In this document: positions 1-15,325 of the stretch, piece after piece | How positions within the stretch are numbered: the first letter of the stretch is position 1 | Layout: each line of letters starts with the position of its first letter | Origin: Monocercomonoides exilis PA203 | Lineage: Eukaryota; Protista; Preaxostyla | Assembly (NCBI GenBank): GCA_001643675.2 | Contig: LSRY02000070.1 | Location: 1-64,000, forward strand | Direction: 5' to 3' | DNA length: 64,000 bases | Made by a program: the position numbers and the translations under genes | The notes under the pieces: model-generated | Told to the model about the DNA's origin: nothing | The model's database searches: none | The model's input: only the letters and a program-made list of their open reading frames with translations

Positions 1-659
1 AATAAGAAAAATTAGAAAATATTTCAAAAATAAAAAGAAATGTTCAAACATAATGCGAGAAAATGCAACTCAATGCCAGAAGTGCCATTTCAACTTTTTG
101 AGCTTCCTCGTTTTCCTCCTTATTCAAAGCAACTTTCAGCAGACAAGGCACGCAAATAGAATTCAATTCCAATGATGTTGACCCTCAAAAATAAATTGCA
201 TTCACCAAGATCAGTAATTAGCTTTTCATCCTTTCCTTTTTCTTCTTCTTTTACAATCATCTCCTCAAATCTCTCTTCAACGAAGAAAACTGAAATCCAT
301 CATTCCATATGCCTTTCAACGCTTTTGCAATATCCAACGCACTTCAAAAACAAATGCATTTCTCAAGTGATAATTTCTCTTCATTAATCATGTTGTTTAT
401 TCTATCAAACAACTCTTTCTTAAAAACATACAAGATTTTCTCATCATCCGTTTCTTCCATCAATCTATTCATTTCTTCGATTTTCTGTTTCTGCTCTTCC
501 TCATTGCAATCTTCAAGCTCAGAAAACAATTCTCAAAATTAATTAATGAGGGAAAGCGCAACATTCAAAAAATAGAAATATGAACAAACTTAAAAACTTA
601 TCTGCAAGTGATTGCTCCTGAACATCATCATTGGATTTATCTTCATCATACATTTCCAT
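1..659 (-). CDS. Partial left-arm copy of the two-intron helical-family gene at 37663-39115 (runs off window, carries indels)
   Basis: ATG at 659 (minus). LFSELEDCNEEEQKQKIEEM in ORF 344-529 is identical to ORF 37797+. Frameshifted near 350. Confidence 0.7.
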
Positions 660-3600
660 TCTGTCTATTTTTAGTAAAGATCAACTTGCCGCAAAATTTC
701 AAATGAAAAACAGAAAAACAAAAACAATATTGTCGAAAATTGACAAAACAAAGATAAAGTCCAAACTCAATTCCTTTGACCAGTTGAAAAAAATCTATGT
801 TAAAAAAGAAGTCACAAAGAAGCCAACGAGACAGGCTATATTAAGTCGAATACGAAAGAATTAAATTTCGTTGTGATCGAGCCAACAATAATTCATTTCA
901 TTGAAATGGATGGAATTTCGATTGAAAACTTTGAACATGTTGGGATATTTGCCACATATAGTTGACTTCAAATATCATTATTTTTCTATTTTAACATTAT
1001 TGACCACATGAAGAAGAAAAGAAAAGACTTTGAAAAGAACATTTGGAAGAAGAGACAAAAGCAACAGTTTGTTCATTAATCGTGCATATACTTCATTCCT
1101 CCAAATGAAAAAACAAACGTTGATGTTTTAATTTATGTGCTAACATTTAGAGTAATATTGAGGCTTTATTTCATCAAAATGATTTTTTATGTTATATCAA
1201 AGCATTTACTGGCTTCTGTGGTTGCTTCAAAATTAATATGTTGAGTGAAGCTACAAGCTATAAGGATACTTTTGTCATTAGTTCCTTTCTTGAGTGGGTT
1301 GTTCAGGATGAAGGAGGATTGATGAAGGGAATCAAGCTTTCATCAATCCACGTATTTTGAAGCTCGGGCGAATGATAGTTGGATTTCTTAGAGGCAGTTT
1401 CATAACCACAATGGACATCAACGCAAATCGTGTTATGAAAGAGATTCTATTCCAAAAGGCTTTGAAGCAATATAAAGATGAACAAAACTCGAGATGGCGA
1501 AGGAAGATTTATACAACATGCAGAAACAAGCACATTCAGGAGTTTGAATTCATTTCAACGCATTTATCGTTTGACGGTGATTTCCACTTAATGTGTATTT
1601 ATCTGTAAAGACTCTTGTTGCATTTTGTTGAAATTCATCGTTTTGGGTTGTTTTGCTGATTTTCATCGTTTCTCCGATTTCAGAGTGGATTTCTGAGCAA
1701 GTCATGAAATAATTCGAGCGATGCCGAAGCGAACCCGACAAGACAGACCAGACTACAATTGAAATGCTTGATTATATTAAGGTGTATTATCAAATTTATG
1801 TTACATTTAAACAATTTTTATTTAAATAAGAAAGAAGGTAATTTCAAAAATTGAAATAAATCTTCCTTTTTTGCAATGATAATTTCATGTTTTCTTTTTC
1901 ACTTTTTCATTTTGTGTTGAATTGTTGCTCTTTTGACTTCAGTTAATAAAAAGAAACGACGGGGAAGATATGTTAAAAGACAGACTTCTTCAATCAGAGA
2001 GGCGAGAAGACGAGTTTTCTTATAAAAAGGCATTGTCTCATTTTAGAATTGCATTGTATCGATGAATTTATTTTTCTTTTTTTCTTTTCTTTTTCTTTCT
2101 GATTTCTTTTGCAAATTTTTAAAATTTTTCACTCAAAACTAGTTCTTTCTGTAGATTATCACCAAGTCCATCCAAGGAAAATGCAGTCGCTTGTTAATGC
2201 GTTCGTCTTCGTTGTGCTTGTCTTCCTGTGTTTTTAGCGTCAACTGCCTTTGAAAGGGTCTTTCCACCTTTCCTTCAACCAGCACAGTTTAATCGCTTGA
2301 ATAACACTGGGTGATATTCCATTGATGTTGAAAAGCTTAAGGATGAAGAAAAGAGACATCAAACTGAATGGAAAGGCTTCATCAGTGAAGAGAGTTTGCT
2401 GACAGATGCGAAGGAAAAGAAAGAGAAGAGAGAGAAGAGAAAGACGAAGGGGAAGAAAGGGAAGAAAGGGAAAGAAGGAAAAGAAGGAGAAGAGGGAGAA
2501 GAAGGAGAAGGAGAAGGAGATGAAGAGAAAGAGAAGAAGAAAATATCGTTATAAAGAAGAAGAAGAAGAAGAAGAAAATGAAGAAAATGAAGGAAATGAT
2601 AAATCATAATCATCATCAACATCTGCGTTAGTAACAACTTCATCATCCTTTTCTTCGATAAGAAAATCCAACCTTTGTGAAAGATGATGGTGGAATCTTC
2701 GCATTCTTCCTTTCTCATTCTAATTTTTATCTTCTACAACTTATTCTTCCTTCAATACCTTCAATTCTCCCTTCTTCCTCTTCTTCCTCTTCTTCTTCCT
2801 CTTCTTCCTCTTCTTCTTCCTCTTCTCTTCTTCCACTTCTTCCACTTCTTCTTCTGTTAATTCATCTTTTCCCCTTCGACATTTTCTTCATAGCTTCAGC
2901 TTATATCTTCAATTTCTATCAATTTCTTGTGATTGCTCGCCTTCATTGGCAATTCTTAATTCAATAAAAACAACACTGTCAATAAAGTTGCACATCGTAT
3001 CCCTCTTAAAAAAATTCTATTCTTCTTCTTCTTCTTCTTCTTCTTCTCATCCTTTCGCTACCATTTCATTAGTTAACGCATCATCATTATCTTCTTCTTC
3101 TTCCTCTTATTCCTCGTAACTTCAAAATTATAAAAGTGAAACAAATACATCGTATTTAAAGCATGATTTCGTTATTCTTTGCTCTGCTTGAATATTCTCC
3201 TTCAACTTCAATATTTGTTATTTCATTTTATTCAGCATTAAGTTGAAACGCTTTGATTCTGATGTGCTTTTGCCATTCAATGAGAGGCTTAAACAAATAG
3301 ATCAAATAATTGTTTTATTCGCTTTTCTTCGACTCTTCTGATAAATGGATGAATGAGCCTTCTTGAAACTTTTCATTCACAATTCTGAAGATGAAATATC
3401 CTTTTGGCAAATTCATTTCATTGCGATCTTCTTCTTCTTCTTCAACGTCTTCTTCGATGATCAACAAAAATAATGATGTTTTTTTCATTTCATTCAACTT
3501 CCTCCCAAATTCAACTTCAGGCCTCATCTATCATTTCCATTTAGAATCGAAAAGAAAAATTCCTTCACTCGCAAAAATTCAGCAAAAGTGACGCGCCAAT

Positions 3601-3938
3601 GAAACGAGTTATTTTGAACTCAGAAAGGCCTATCAGAAGGCATGCAATCAGAAAAGGAGGACGATATTTTCTTTCTTTTTGTAATTTGGAAGCTGAAAGA
3701 AGAACAAATAAAAAAGAAAGAGCATTAGATCAATCCCTTTGTGAAATGAATGAGCTCAAAAATAGCGTTCGGCAGGTTACACAACGTCACACGCCTTCAA
3801 TATATCGGAGAAGATGAAACGATGAGGGAAACTTATATATTTGAAAAGGCATATTTAATGGAAAATTCTATGAAAGAAGAGAATAAATGCCCGACAAGCA
3901 ATGTTGATTTCATCAAATACACATATTAGACGTATTCT

Positions 3939-4695
3939 TCAATTTTGTATAACATCTCCCCAACTTTCTTCGACCTTGCCTTCGTTTGCACATATTTTCA
4001 CCGACAAATCATCGCATAAAATAATATCAGCCTTATGATCTGCACCTTCTTCAGAAGCCCCTTCGCATTGCGTGTCCTCTTGCGGTGCATCTTTGATAGC
4101 CAGCAATTTATTGCTTTGATGCAAGGCATTCCATCCACATGTCCATTGTCAGCTGTATTCCCGTTGATAAAGATTTATAAATCGAAATTCCAATCGCTTC
4201 TGTTCTGTTATGTCCAACAGCTGAGTTGTCTTTCTGAGTGATGCTTCCCATGAAGGCGAACAAGGGTTCCTTCACAGAAGCGACAAATGATTCACGCACA
4301 AAATACACATCTCTTCCGACGCTGGCCTTGTTGGCTGAAAACACAATATTGGTGATGGAAAAGGAGGATTCTGACACTTGTGAGCCTTCATTGAACTCGA
4401 TCATGAGAGCACCGCCTCTTCCTCCAGAACTTGTATCCTCGCTCACAGAGCAGGTGGAGATATTTGTGTCACTTACTGAAAACGAGTTGGCAGGGACAGA
4501 TGAGGCGAATGAGATGCATCCGCCATTGGTGGCAGCCTGTTGGCTGAACTGTTCTGAGTTGATGTTGGTCATGGTGCAGTTGGTGAGAGAGAGGGAGAGG
4601 GCAGGGGAGGTGGAGGAGGAAGATGATATTAAGGAAGAATAACATAACAACGATAAAATAAAAGAAGAACGAAGTGTATTCGCAGAAGATTCCAT
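3939..4695 (-). pseudogene. Fragment of a beta-helix/GGA-repeat surface-protein paralog (left-arm copy)
   Basis: NGGCIS, GGRGGALMI and FSANKASVGRDVYF motifs resemble the large receptor ectodomain; split across ORFs 4108-4695 and 3939-4124; no signal peptide or TM. Confidence 0.6.
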
Positions 4696-6058
4696 ACAAG
4701 TTCTTTTGGAGCATGGAGTATAAATGAGACAGTTGTTGTTCTTGGTTGCATTTGCTGTTTCATAATTCTGTGTTCCGTTTGGTGTTGTTGCTGAGCAGCA
4801 AAGCTGGAGCGGTGATTTGGCGTTGCTTTTTGAGAGGAATGAACAAAAGAAAACGAGTTGCTTGCTTATTTTTTGAAGACAAAAATTAATTTAAACGATA
4901 AATACATTTTTAGTTAAATAAATATTGTTTCAAAAGAAATTGTAAAACAATTCTTTCTTTCAATCCTTATTAGTTATTTCAAACTTAATATAAATTTTAA
5001 TTTTTTTATTTTGTGTTTTTTTTTTAAATAGAAAAAAGGAAAAATCACCGAAATTGTGACGTTCAATTTGAATCTTTTTTTTAATAAAAACGAAAAATAA
5101 TGCAACATCAGAGTGAATTTCGTTTGTATTGAACCAAGCCTCATGCTTCTTTATCTCCAGTTAAAATTGGAAGTTGAATCAAATTGGATTTATTTGAAAG
5201 ATTGTTTTTGGACAGATTGAAGCTTGGTAATTGAAAATCACTCATCTCCTGGATCTCAAAAAAGGCCATTGGAATCTGTCTGTTCGCTGACAAAGTTTGT
5301 TTTTCTAATTTCTTTGAATCAATATTTTATTATTTGTTTGAATTGTGGAAAAAATTAAAACCTTAAAACAAGTTGGGTGAATGAAAACATGAAATGAATT
5401 TGAAATATAAACAATTGAGTTACAAATGTGAAAGAGTTACATGAATATACAAATTAGTGACGAGCAATGAGCAACGAAAAAGGTTTATCAAAAATTGACA
5501 GTTTTAATAAAATCTGGAATAAACCATTTCAACTGCTAATCTTTGATCAGAATTGCAACAAAACAGAACAAAACAAATGCAAATTGCAAAATCTTAGAAA
5601 TAATATTTCAATTGAGGTTGGTTATTCATGAACGAAAAATCTCTTTCAATTTCCAACATTCAGTCAATAACGAAAAATATAAATGTAGAAATAAAAGTCA
5701 GATTTTTCACAAAAACACATAAAATAACTTGCAAATGCTGAATGATGTGCAGAGGCCTGGGATTCTCATCAGGGAATACGCAAGCGAACAAATAAATTTC
5801 AATTCTTCAACTCTCTCAAAAGAAGTGTTTCATACAATTACAACAAAAACAAATAACTGAAAATTCCACATGAAAACATAAAACCACACAATTATTCTAT
5901 TTTTTATTTCTTTTCCAAAAATACATATTCCAAAGTCCATATTTGATCATGAGCAAAAAGATAATTACAGAAGAATAACAGCCAAAGACAGGCAGAAAAA
6001 CAATTTTGATCCAACAACATCACTTCAAAATCAAACAGTTCAAAGCCAACAAACATCA

Positions 6059-9000
6059 TCACAAATTAAATGCATCTCCAGATTCTCTTTCGTTTGCAGA
6101 ATCAATTCTCTCACTTCGTCCCACCAAACAGATCGCATCTGTCATTGTGAATACCATTGCACTTTGCGGAAACAATTCCACAAACTCCCGCTTGATCTGT
6201 GACAATGAGTGGCGATGCTCTGCGTTCATGCTCATCGCTTTTTCAACCATTCCCTTCATTCGAGATTCACTAATTATCTCCATGTTCGGTCTCTCTCCAT
6301 TCGCTATCTTCTGTCCTGCCACCTCTGCCTCATAATCGCCAAACGGGATCTGGAGCGTCAAGCACTCCCACAGCATCATCCCAATCGAGAATGACACTGA
6401 CTCCTTTGTTGCTCCCATCTTCTTGTTGATCAACAGCTCTGGTGCCTTCCACCTCAGGCACTCTTTTTTGTAATAATCATCCTCTTCAAACGCAGATGAG
6501 GGCAGAGAGTCTTCATCATCATCATCGCTGGTAGAAGTCACAACAGTTGATGAGGAGATGGAAGAAGAATCAGAGTCATCTGATAAAAGATCTGAATGCA
6601 TAACAATGCAGATGACCATGTGCTCAGAGAACAATACAATGTGAGGACTCAAATTGGCTAATGATTGAAGTGAATTTTCCATTTCATCAAAGGAGTGGAG
6701 AGCTCCATTCGCAACCCAGAACAGGATTTGGGCAGCTGTCTGCTCCCTCTCCTGCAGAGTCCCAATCGCCATCTCCTTTGTCTTGTTCCTCCCATGAAGC
6801 AACATGAACAGTGAATCTCTCAGATCCACAATCAGCTTCTCATGAGGCGATGAACAGGCCATTGCGTCCACGAGATTAGACATCGATGAGGTTGTTGGAC
6901 ACAGATCCTCCTCTCGAACAAATGTTGAATCAGAATCAGTTGAGCATGTTGATGAAATAGAAGGCGATGGAGTTCGCTTCCTTATCTTTTCTTCCTCAAC
7001 CTTCTCCAGAACCCATTGAGGGATCTTGTCTGAGTCTCTCCCCAGGATGTATTCAGTTGAACCACTCTCAGACAGAAGATGCTCTGATGACTCTGAATGT
7101 CCCAAGCTTTTCTCGTATATTCTCTTCTTTATCCTTTCTTCATTCTTCTTCTCTGCCTCTTTCTCTGCTCTTCTCCACTGCTCCTCGGGAGACATCTCCA
7201 TTGTCACCATCTCAAACACCTTCGGATCCTTCTTAATATTATCATCAACTATCTCCTTGTATTTTTTAGCTTCTTCTTTTGAATTTCTCCATCTCACAAT
7301 AAAGGCTATTGCGACGATGAGAACAATCAATATTATCACAACAAGAACAATCACAATCAACAACCAATATGATTTCCTTCTTTTCCTCCTTCAACAATCC
7401 TTTCATCTCCTTTGTCATTTGATTCTGTTTTGTTCTTCAGTATCTGTGGAGAAGTGGAAGCCAATTGTTTTCCAAACAAAATCATCACAGACACCTCTGT
7501 TTCATCTCCTGTCTTTGAAATATTTTCTGATGGAACTCTTCCAATCACCTCAGTTTCTGATATGAAACTGTCTTCCTCAAACTGATATGTCTCGACCAAC
7601 TCCACATCCCCTGTTTTATATACAAGTTTGAATGACAAGTCACAAGGCACAAAAAGAGATCCCTCGAATTTCACAACAATATGACTTCCATTTTCGTTCA
7701 CTGAAACATCTTCCAATTTGGGAATGAAGAAAGGCGATGACCTTTCTCCTGCTAATCCTTCGAGAGTGCATCCATCATTCAAAATCCAAAGAGAAGAATT
7801 CTTCTCTTGTCCGTCACCCCTTTCAAGCTTGAAATGGTCAGTGAGGAAGGACCCGAGCAAATGATGTTTCTCCGAGCCGAGGGATATTTTTCAATGAATG
7901 GATTGTTGTTCATAAACTCTCCTTTCTCGATTGTCACATCTCCAGATGACAATGATAATCCGCCCGATGAAGAATTCAAAATAATCACATCCTTCATTAC
8001 CAACGAAGAATTTGCTGAATGGACAAGTGATCCATTCCATTCACATATTTCTTCATAATTATTATTTCTCTCTTTTTCAATTTCTTTTATTTGCACTCCT
8101 TCAAACTCACACATGTGCATCGAAACATCCTTCATATCATAAACCTCAACAACACTTCCTTTGTCAGACAAGGAATTGCAATTTGTGCAAGAACAGTTTG
8201 AAAACTCCAAATGAGCAGACGTTGATGAAGCTGAGAGAATTGAAGCGCTTTCTGAATGTCTTGAACAGTTGTTGAATGAGGAGATTCCAATAGAAACTGT
8301 TCCTGATGGCAAATCGTTTATCACAATGATGCAACCTTCAGACAGATTCACTCCATTTGTATCAATTCTATTTAATACAACTTCTTTGCATTGTCCAATC
8401 TCAAATACATTTGTTGTTGCTTCAATTTGTTCCAGTTTCACATTCGTAATATTTATCTCATCGCCATTAAACAATAATGATGGCTTTTTGAATGAAAGGA
8501 ACGATACTAAGCAGTTGTCAACGTGCACAATTCCATATTCGATGCTCAGCAATGTTGAGTTTAGAATAACAGCTTCAATGTTTTCTGATGCAAATGTCGA
8601 AGAAAAATCAACAAATGAAAGAGAGAGCTGGCCTTTTGCTTCATGGATAAGAGAACTGCCTGAATAGGAAAATGACTGATCAAAATTGAATTTCAATCTT
8701 TCAATCCGAACAATCTCTGTTGTTGTGATGATGTTTCCCACATCCCCATCAATTGTTGAGTTCAGATACACAAAAGCAGCTGAGGGAGTTTCCAATGAGT
8801 GAATGCTAACATTCTGCACACTGCATTCTCCGTTGATGATTGTTTGCTCCGATATCAACAGCTGCGAATAGCGTGAAGGGATGATGTGTTGCACTCCAGC
8901 ATCCAATGACTCACAAGGAAAATGAAACTCTCCACATTGCTTGCTATCTGTTGCATTTTCATCAACAGAAGATACAAAGATCGTCTCGCTCTGGTATCTT

Positions 9001-12000
9001 ACGACTCTCAGCAGAAGATCTTCTTCTCCCACAAACGAGTCCGATGTGCATCCCCATATCGCCAGGTCTTTCACAAATGGTGCTCTGAAATCCAACAAGA
9101 ATTGTTCGTCAATTATTTGTGAATCGATTGAGTGGCATCTCACATACACGTCTCTCCCTCTGAATGCAGAATTGCCTCTGAATGTGATGTTCGATAACAC
9201 AAAGTTCAGAGGCATTTCATCTTTCGAGGTGCATTCAAGAAACAGCCAACCACCTCTTCCTGTGGTGGAGCAGAAGCACTCAGATATCGTGCAAAATGAG
9301 CAGTCGAAGCTTCCTCCCTCATTCAACACACAAAGCATCCCTCCCCCTTTCCACACTTCAACCCTCCACATTTCTTCATCGTTGTGTTTCGAATCACTAT
9401 TTTCAATGGATTATCATTTTCATTTCGAATGATCGAGATGTTTTCTGTTGTGTTTTGAGTCACTTCTTCAAATAAACTCCACTCAACAACAATGTCTTGT
9501 TTATCTTCATTTCTCTCTCTTCTTAAACTCTTTGAAATGCTCAATCCACTTGCTCCCTCCAGATCAACATTCTTCATCGTTATGTTTTTGATACTCAAAA
9601 TCGTTATTGACAAAACAGAAATAACATCCTTTGAAAAAGACAGCGATTGCATTGTCACCAATTCCAATTGAACTGTTCCTCCATCTGCTCTGATCAGCCC
9701 AAAGTTGATCATGTCTTCTCCACTTTCTTCAATTTTTGTGAATGAACAATCTTTCACAGTCAATAATCCATCGCTTGCGCCAACATGCATCAGAACATTA
9801 ACTCCACTTGTGAATGAAGATGGAATCACAAAGTTTATCAGTTCGAAATTGGTAATGCCCTGAATCTTCATTGCTTCTTCCTCTGTTCCTTCAACTGAAG
9901 AGAGACATTCCAAAGAGCAGGCTTCACTGTCGTTCGAATTTATTGAAACCCCGCTGAGATCAACACTTTTCTGAAGAATTCCTTTTCCAATGATGCTGAT
10001 AATCCTTTCATTTCCTTCAAGCAATCGTGTTAGTGAATAATCAATTGAAAGGCAAGGATAATCTGAGAATCCACAGGCACCCATATCTTTCCCTTCACCT
10101 CCAACAAATATCTCTGATCCAATCGCTCGCCAGAAATTGACCAGTGGAATTGCATTCGCTGTATCATTTCCATCAAATCCTCTCATTGAATTCAATGAAA
10201 TATCAGCAAGATGCTCAGAAACATATGGAAGTGAGTCATTTGTGATGCTCTTCGTCAAGTTGGATGATTCAACAAAAAGATCATTTCCATATTTTGCAAT
10301 ATTTGGTTTTTCCAAATCAAAAACAGGGGATGATATCACAAATGAAGAATATTCATCAATCAACTTCAGCGCCATCCCTCCACCAAAGCCAATCTTCTCT
10401 TCTTCTGCTGGTGCTGTGCATCCTGTGAATGTGCACGAAACAATATTCAATTGAGTATTCCCTTTCAGCTGAGCATTGATTGCCCCTCCTCTGCTTTCAT
10501 CAGCAAGCACAGAGCATTCATCAAAATCACATTCTTCAATATTTATTTGTGTGTTTGTATTTTCATCATCGCTGTTGTCTATGCTCACACAGCCTCCATT
10601 TCCAGCTGCTCTTTCGATTTTTGTGAAATTGCATTTCGTCATGTTCAGCCACAGAGCGTCCACCAACTTTGTATTTGTTCCGCTTCCTGTCAACGAGATC
10701 AGCGGATTTCTCCTCAAATAAATCGATGAAGCTGAGAATTTGTCGATTATCAGGATCCCTGTCTCAACTGATAAGAATAAAAATGTCAATTCTGATGAAG
10801 GTTTTTGAAGAGAAAGAGAACATTGAGACAGAGTCACTTGAGAAGAAGAAGATGAAATGAAAATGGAGTGTGATGAAAGAGAAGGAGGAAGAGAAAAGAT
10901 GAGTTTTGATAATTCTGTTACAACATTTGCTGTTATCATCGCTAAATTGGATATGGAACTTGAATCAGAAACTTTCCAACCACTTTTATCATCATTTCCT
11001 CTTATTTCATGTTTCTGATCAGCAAAGGTCAATTCATCACTCATCATAATCATTCCATTCACAACAACTTTCTTTGGCCCTGTTTGCCTTGTGAGGGAGT
11101 GTTTCATTGTCAAACAAGGGAATTGGGCGATTCCACAATGGGAATGGTCAGATGCCTCGGTACTTGTCACATATACTTCTTCTGGAGTGGGAAGGAGATA
11201 GATGTAAAGAGGGATAGCCACGGTTGTATTTCCATTTTCATATCCCTGCACCTTATCAAAAGAATTCAATGAAGCTGTCACGCAAGTGATTTTTTGTGAT
11301 TTTGTTGTCACTTCCAGATTGGGTGAAAAGACGAAGATGTCTCTGCCCCACTTGGCTGTGTTTGTGCCAAAGGAAGAGGAGATCAAGAAATCTGGATTTT
11401 CGTTCAATAATCGAAGAAGGATTCCTCCCCCAAGACCATTGGATGACGAACAAAAGCACCCATCAAAAGATCCGCCTTTCAATTTCACTTCATTTTCGTT
11501 TCCAACACACAACATCATCGATCCTCCATTTTCTGAACTTAAACTTCCACATCTTTCAAAAGTGCTCGTATTCACATCAATGTTTGCCTTGGCATTCGAA
11601 AACGACATCACAGCTGCTCCGCTTGTTGTTCTCTCAATCCCATCAAAGGCACACTCTGAAAGTGTCAATGAAATCTCATTTGTCGAAGAAAGCGAAAACA
11701 GTGAATTTGTGGAGATGGTCTTTGCCCAGTTCACATTTTCCATCTGCAACATCCCACTCTGAACATTTATCAGTTCTGTCGATATTGCTGTTTCTGAAGT
11801 TTGCGCAATTCCTGTTGATATGTTCAATCTGCTAATATGTATTTCTCCTGTTCCTTTGATCTCAAACAGCCTTGACCAACGATTATTTGCATATGCCGAA
11901 TCGTGAATAACAGAAAAGTCTCTGACAGTCAATGTTCCTGCTGATACAGAAAAAAGAGATAACCCTGATGTTTCAAATTCTGTCTGCACAGTTGTTGTCG

Positions 12001-13795
12001 AATCACATTGGCCATATATTGTGAAAGTGTTAATTCCACAATCCACGTTCTTGGATTCTGTAATTGTTCCTGTGAGTATCTCAATATCTGTGACAAATTC
12101 TGGAATCAGCTGAGTAAGGCAATGGCTGATGGTGTTGCAAGGATGGCCTTCATCTCGTCCACATGCATATGTGTCAATGGAATTAGGTTCTGTTTGTACT
12201 GAGGAGACATATCTAATTCTTCTTAAGTCGTTTCTCAGCCATTCGCTTTTATCAGCAATTGAATTGTGTTTTGTGCTAACCCTGTTCTCTGTTTGCCTTG
12301 TGGAATAGCAGGTGGAATCAATATTGTTTGCTGTTGAATCATATAGAACAATGTCATGGCCGGCAACATCACACGTATTATTGTTGAAAAAGCAGAAAAA
12401 AAGCAAAATCCCTTTGTTTGTTGAAGTTATTATAAGGCCGACAGCGCCTGCTCCGCATCCGGAATAGCAATGGCAAAATAGGCAGTTTGAAATTACAACT
12501 TGATCGGTGCACCACCAATGTTGAATTGCACCTCCTGTGCTTCCAGCTGAAACATTGCATCTACAACAGTCAAAAAATGAATTTGTGATGCATTCTTTCT
12601 GTTTCTGTGTTTTCGTTTGAAGGAATTCAATTGCCCCTCCATCTATTCTCGAAGAACAGTTGAAAAATAAGCTATCATCGATATGTGGCTGTGTATTCAT
12701 GTTTTCCATTGTTATTCCTCCGCCACCATAGCCAGAAACTGCAACTGAAGAACATTGAGAAAATGATGAATGAAGAACGATGCATTCTGCGATATTCAAT
12801 GCATATATCCCTCCACCTCTTGTTGAAGAAGCATTACATCTTATAAAAGAACAATTTTCAACTGTCAAAATGGCATTTTCATTATCATGAACATAAAGAG
12901 CCCCTCCTTGTGGTGCTGTGCAATCTTCCCATTCGCACGATGAAAAGGATTGGCTTTCTGTTGTGTTCAGTTTTTCCTTTTTCTGAAGAGCATTCATTTC
13001 TCTTTTCCCGAAGTTTATTGTCATATTTTTGCAGATGAATTCCTGATAAGAATATGATCCACTCGATATCCCTCCTTCAAAGACATTCACGCACGAATAA
13101 ATGAGGCAGTTCTCCATTGAACTTCGGAAACATGAATGTTCCACAAAATGATCGCAATTCGAGGCATATTTCACAGAAATGTTCTTGAATGCACAGTTAT
13201 TAATCTGTTCATTTTGGCTCTTTCCAGACAATAGGAAATAGTTTGATGATGAAATAGTCAGATCTGCCATGACGGAATTTCTCAAAATAGCAATATTTGA
13301 ATCATCAGATGAAAATATGAGGCTGGAAGGGTTCAGGTTCTTTGGGGGGATCAATCTCATATTTGTGAGGAAGATTGACCCACTTTGCAAATGAAAAGGA
13401 GATGCTGTTTTTGGTGAGAAATGCAGGAATCCAACACAACACTCGATTTATCTGTTATTAGCATTAATGGCGAGGAAGAATGTTCAATTGCCACATTTTT
13501 CAGTTCAACTGTAGAATTGCGAAATCCCAAAAATGTGTTTTTCACTGTAGAAAGACCTGACTGCGGTGTTTTCACTCCCTGACAATGAATTCTGTTCAAA
13601 TAAATAATTGTATTCAGCCTCTGATAGATATTGTGCATCATTTGAGTTTCCTTGCCAAAAATAAATAGAATTATTGAAAAAATATCAATTCGAAAGAAAA
13701 CCTTTGTTCTCCAATGTGGCAGCTCCAGAGACATGCTGTGCTTCAAATGTCTTCCCAAGAATCAAACATGCCAAAATGCACAAATGCATTCTCAT
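6059..13795 (-). CDS. Receptor-like protein copy L (signal peptide, beta-helix-like ectodomain, TM, pseudokinase-like tail); frameshifted in this assembly
   Basis: ORFs 9323-13390, 7779-9371, 7357-7860 and 6059-7363 reassemble into the mirror of 24495-32234. The breaks (~13580, ~13410, ~9345, ~7820, ~7376) are all single-base indels in short homopolymer runs, so the gene may be intact in vivo. Confidence 0.8.
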
Positions 13796-14969
13796 GCGGA
13801 ATGAGAATAAATTTTAATTTGAAAAATTTTTATGTTTTCCGGATGATCAAAATCACCCTTAATAATTGTTTTTGAAAAACAATTTGAAAAAGATAAAAAA
13901 TCTTTCTTGCAACAATCATTTTGAGAGCGTTTGGAAAACATCAAAGACACTTTCATAGCACGCAATTTCTTCAGTTCTTGCAGGGTATGAATCGGCATTT
14001 GCTGCTGCATGTGATTATTTTTCATGAAAAAAAAATAACAATAAAAATAAACAACAAAAAATAAGAATGTGAAAATCAAGAGATGTGTATGCTCAAATGA
14101 ATGCTTCAAAAAACAAGAATCTTTCAAGGATCACTTGAATAGCAATTGTTAAATAAAATATTATCAGATTAAAATTGATTTTTTCGAAAAAGTCGAATTC
14201 TTCAAGTTTGAAGCATTGAACATATTGAAAATTAAATAAAATAAAATAAAAGCTTGTCAAACATAAATATTCTTCCAATAAAAAAGTACAAAAAAGTCGA
14301 ATAATGCCACATCAAAACACACACCCACAATAATTGCTCTTGAAAAAGTGTTCTTTCGAACCATAAAATGCCTCATCTCCCAATGCAATTTGATTGGCAA
14401 GTCTTTTTTCTTCATTTTCTCATCTCTTCGCTGAAAAAACATGAGGCAATAATCTTTCTTCTTCTTCTCCCTCTTTCTTTCTCTTCCTCTTCTCTCTTAT
14501 CTTTTTTTTTCTCCTTTCTTCTTCTCCTTTTTCCTCTTCTTTTCCTCTTCTTCTCCATTCCACCCTTCATATTCTCAATCTCTTTTGCCTTTTCTCTCAT
14601 CTTCGTCTTTATTCTTTCCCACAAACATCCAAATAAGCTCTTCTCTTTTGTTCGTCCTCCTCTTTCTTTCTCTTTCTCTTTCTCAATTTTTCTTTTTCTT
14701 TTTCTTTTTCTTTTTTTATTTTTTCCCATTCATTTTGTGCCATCAGCCAATGTTTGTTATTCAAATATACTCATCTGCTCTTCTCATCGACAAAAGATGT
14801 TTTTCAGAAATCCTTTGTTCTGATTGAAAAGCACATGAAATTTGAACTATTTCTGAACATATTCTTTGAGAAAAATTAGAAATAACAAAAAGATTTCAAA
14901 CAAATACATAAATACATTTTCTAAATTGTTATTGGAACTCATAAAAATACATTTTTCAAAATAAAAAAG

Positions 14970-15157
<188 letters not shown>

Positions 15158-15325
15158 CTATCTTTTTGCTTTTTCAAACATTTCTTCAAATTTTTTATCA
15201 TTCAAAAAAAAGAAAAAAAAACAATTTCATCTGCAAACAAACAAGTACACAATTTGTCCTTCTTCACCAACTCAGCATTTTCATTGCGAAATTCCAACAA
15301 TCACACCCATCTGCCTCTTCTGCCT

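Noticed and set aside
1000-3600. Possible decayed genes (mirror 34700-37300; similar texture at 40100-42040 and 46850-47800)
   Set aside because: Coding-like patches and intron-like tracts exist, but there are many stops and no identifiable family, so boundaries cannot be supported.
6059-13795. Left receptor copy as a true pseudogene or programmed-frameshift gene
   Set aside because: All five breaks are 1-nt indels in short homopolymer runs, two compensate each other, and the diverged patch has no stops; sequencing error is more parsimonious.
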